DNA of 64,000 nucleotides, taken from positions 186,001-250,000 of the forward strand of contig JALMLS010000204.1 of the NCBI GenBank assembly GCA_038496445.1. Direction: 5' to 3'. This stretch comes from Trichosphaerium sp. ATCC 40318. Taxonomy: Eukaryota > Protista > Tubulinea. Shown in pieces: positions 62,181-64,000 of the stretch; within the stretch, counting starts at the first letter, position 1; every line of letters starts with the position of its first letter. A program made the translations under genes and the position numbers. The notes beneath the pieces were generated by a model. The model saw nothing but the letters and a program-made list of their open reading frames with translations, was not told the origin of the DNA and searched no databases.

Positions 62181-64000
62181 TTAATCAAAGTTTTTTTTTA
62201 TATTAGGAAACTTATCCTTGTTTGCTTTATAATCATCATCTTCACGTACTCTATCACTTATATCTCTTCTTAATTGCTGAAGATATAATGGTGCAATAGC
62301 AGAAATATTTTGTGTAATCAGCGTTGAATCAACTTGTGAAACATTCGCACTTGTCATTGCTTTTTTCATTTGTTGCTCTAAATGTTTTTTTCCTCTTTCT
62401 TTAATTGGAATAGGATTAGCACTACGCTTACGTCTCTTACTTGGATTTCCTTGATTATAAGCATCAGAGAAAGGTCTCTGTTTCTTAGCATTTCTTTGTC
62501 TCTTCAAGTCGCGTTCAATAGAAGGACGCCAAGCATCTGGAAACCCAGCAGTTTGGTCAGTAAGAGGAACAGATTCAACAGGTTCTGTTTGTTGTTGTTG
62601 CTGCGTTATTGGCTGGGGTTGTGGTGTAGGTACTGTAGGACTTTGTTGTGGTTGTGTAGGCGGTTGTGTAGGTGATTGTTGCGTTGCAGGTGGTTGTGTA
62701 GGTGATTGTTGTGTTGTAGGCAATTGGAAACGCGCAATTGGTGATGCCTGCGAAATATTTTGACGTAATATATAAGCAATAATCTTATTTGCAAATAGAG
62801 CTGAATAATCAGGTCCTAGAGTGTTCGAAAAAAGCTAAAAAAACAAAATACAGTTAGTTCATAAACACATGCTACTTGACTAAGATACACATAACGCGAA
62901 TATCTGCACAAATACAGCAGCAAGTGTATACCACTAAGTGCTCACAATGAAAGGTTTTTGCAGAAAAATATGAAAGAAAAAAAAAATCAAAATCTGAACT
63001 GAACTTTGGGCGTACCTGTAGTAGTATACTCTTTAGGATTAATGAACATTCTGGAGTACCACCTAAAGTAACACCATCAATATGAACCATTACCCTTTTT
63101 GCAAACACATCTGTCATCATTTGAAGACCAGTAACAAAAGGCAAATGAGTTCCTGGAATCTTATTTGCAAAAAGTATAGCCAAAACACCTTCAAAGTACT
63201 CTCGAAGTGCAGGCTCTATAGCATCCAATACAGACGCCCCAGGCTTGATCTTTGCTATTACTTCCTTTGGTAGTGAATCTATATCAATAGCAGCAAATAG
63301 CTGATTAATAAGTGAGCCAGCATAACTCTTTAATGTAGTTGGACTTATATCTCCCCGCAAGTTTGTTGAAATATGTTTTCGTAGTTTAGGTAGTATTCTG
63401 TTTAATGGAGTCAATATACCAGTTGTCATTATACCAACAAGTTCAGCAAGAGTCAAGCGAGATAAAACAATTTGTACAATACCTAAATACAACTTAGTTC
63501 AAGGCTTGAAAAAAGGGTTGTAAACAGTGCCCTTCAAATTAAAAGAAATTGAAAAGAACTTACCTTCTGTTTCATTAGGACCAACCTGCGGCTGCTCGTG
63601 ATGATGGTGTACTACGTTACTAACTGTTGTCTCATCAAGGGAGTCTTGTAATACACTCATTAGAGACGACAAATGAGGGGTAGGCCCTGATCCAGTATGT
63701 GCTCTACGAGCATTTTGATGAGGCTGAGGAGTTCTCTGAGGAGTTCTTTGAGGGTTTTGTGTATTTCCAGTTGTACCACCTTGCTGTGTATTCACGCCTT
63801 GCATGAATTGTGATGCAAGGGAGTTTAGAACTTGTCCAAGATTTCCAGTTTGTCCCAAAGGAACATTTTGAGTTTGTTGTGTTGTTTGTCCATTTTGTAA
63901 CTGCGTCGTAAGTGTTGAAGTGATTTGAGTGATGGTATTCATCAAATTGTTTGTTCTTTGCTGATTTGTCTGTGCCCCACCTTGTGCTGTGTTTTGAGCT
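62181..64000 (-). CDS. BAG6: BAG6/Scythe-like protein, 3' portion (gene continues beyond the window)
   Basis: C-terminal hallmarks FPDAWRPSIERDLKRQ..QRPFSDAYNQGNPSKRRK (NLS) and YLQQLRRDISDRVREDDDY..KFPN, after a Q/P/T-rich region. Confidence 0.85.

Overview
This is eukaryotic nuclear DNA: AT-rich (roughly 36-37% GC by eye), gene-dense, standard genetic code, with many short introns (mostly 40-90 nt; GTACGT/GTATGT/GTAAGT donors, CTAAY branch points). The gene content points to an amoeboid protist, probably amoebozoan (inference). I reconstructed about 22 protein-coding genes by eye. The housekeeping set is CCT1/TCP1, prolidase, a sulfatase, a classical PTP, a Nu-class GST, an EML-like protein, a triple-coactosin and the 3' part of BAG6. 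Interspersed accessory genes are an inverted pair of Crinkler-type nuclease-kinase genes, intronless F-box/LRR, F-box/MORN and serpin-like genes, and LRR and histone H2B relics. The most striking locus is 10688-13885. This single spliced ORF reads signal peptide - Reeler domain - Cys-rich/Pro-rich stalk - transmembrane helix - short loop - second, Met-less internal signal peptide - His-first LPMO/histidine-brace-like domain - Cys-rich tail. It looks like a cellular polyprotein that needs internal signal-peptidase cleavage to create a copper site. Other highlights are a secreted protein built from 20 CX3C-hairpin modules (almost one per exon) with acidic and Lys/Tyr blocks, a Zn-ribbon-Ras-BTB-BTB-F-box protein, and a roughly 8-fold excess of CACGTG. 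All gene models and domain calls are manual and unverified by search tools. No rRNA, tRNA or CRISPR was seen.
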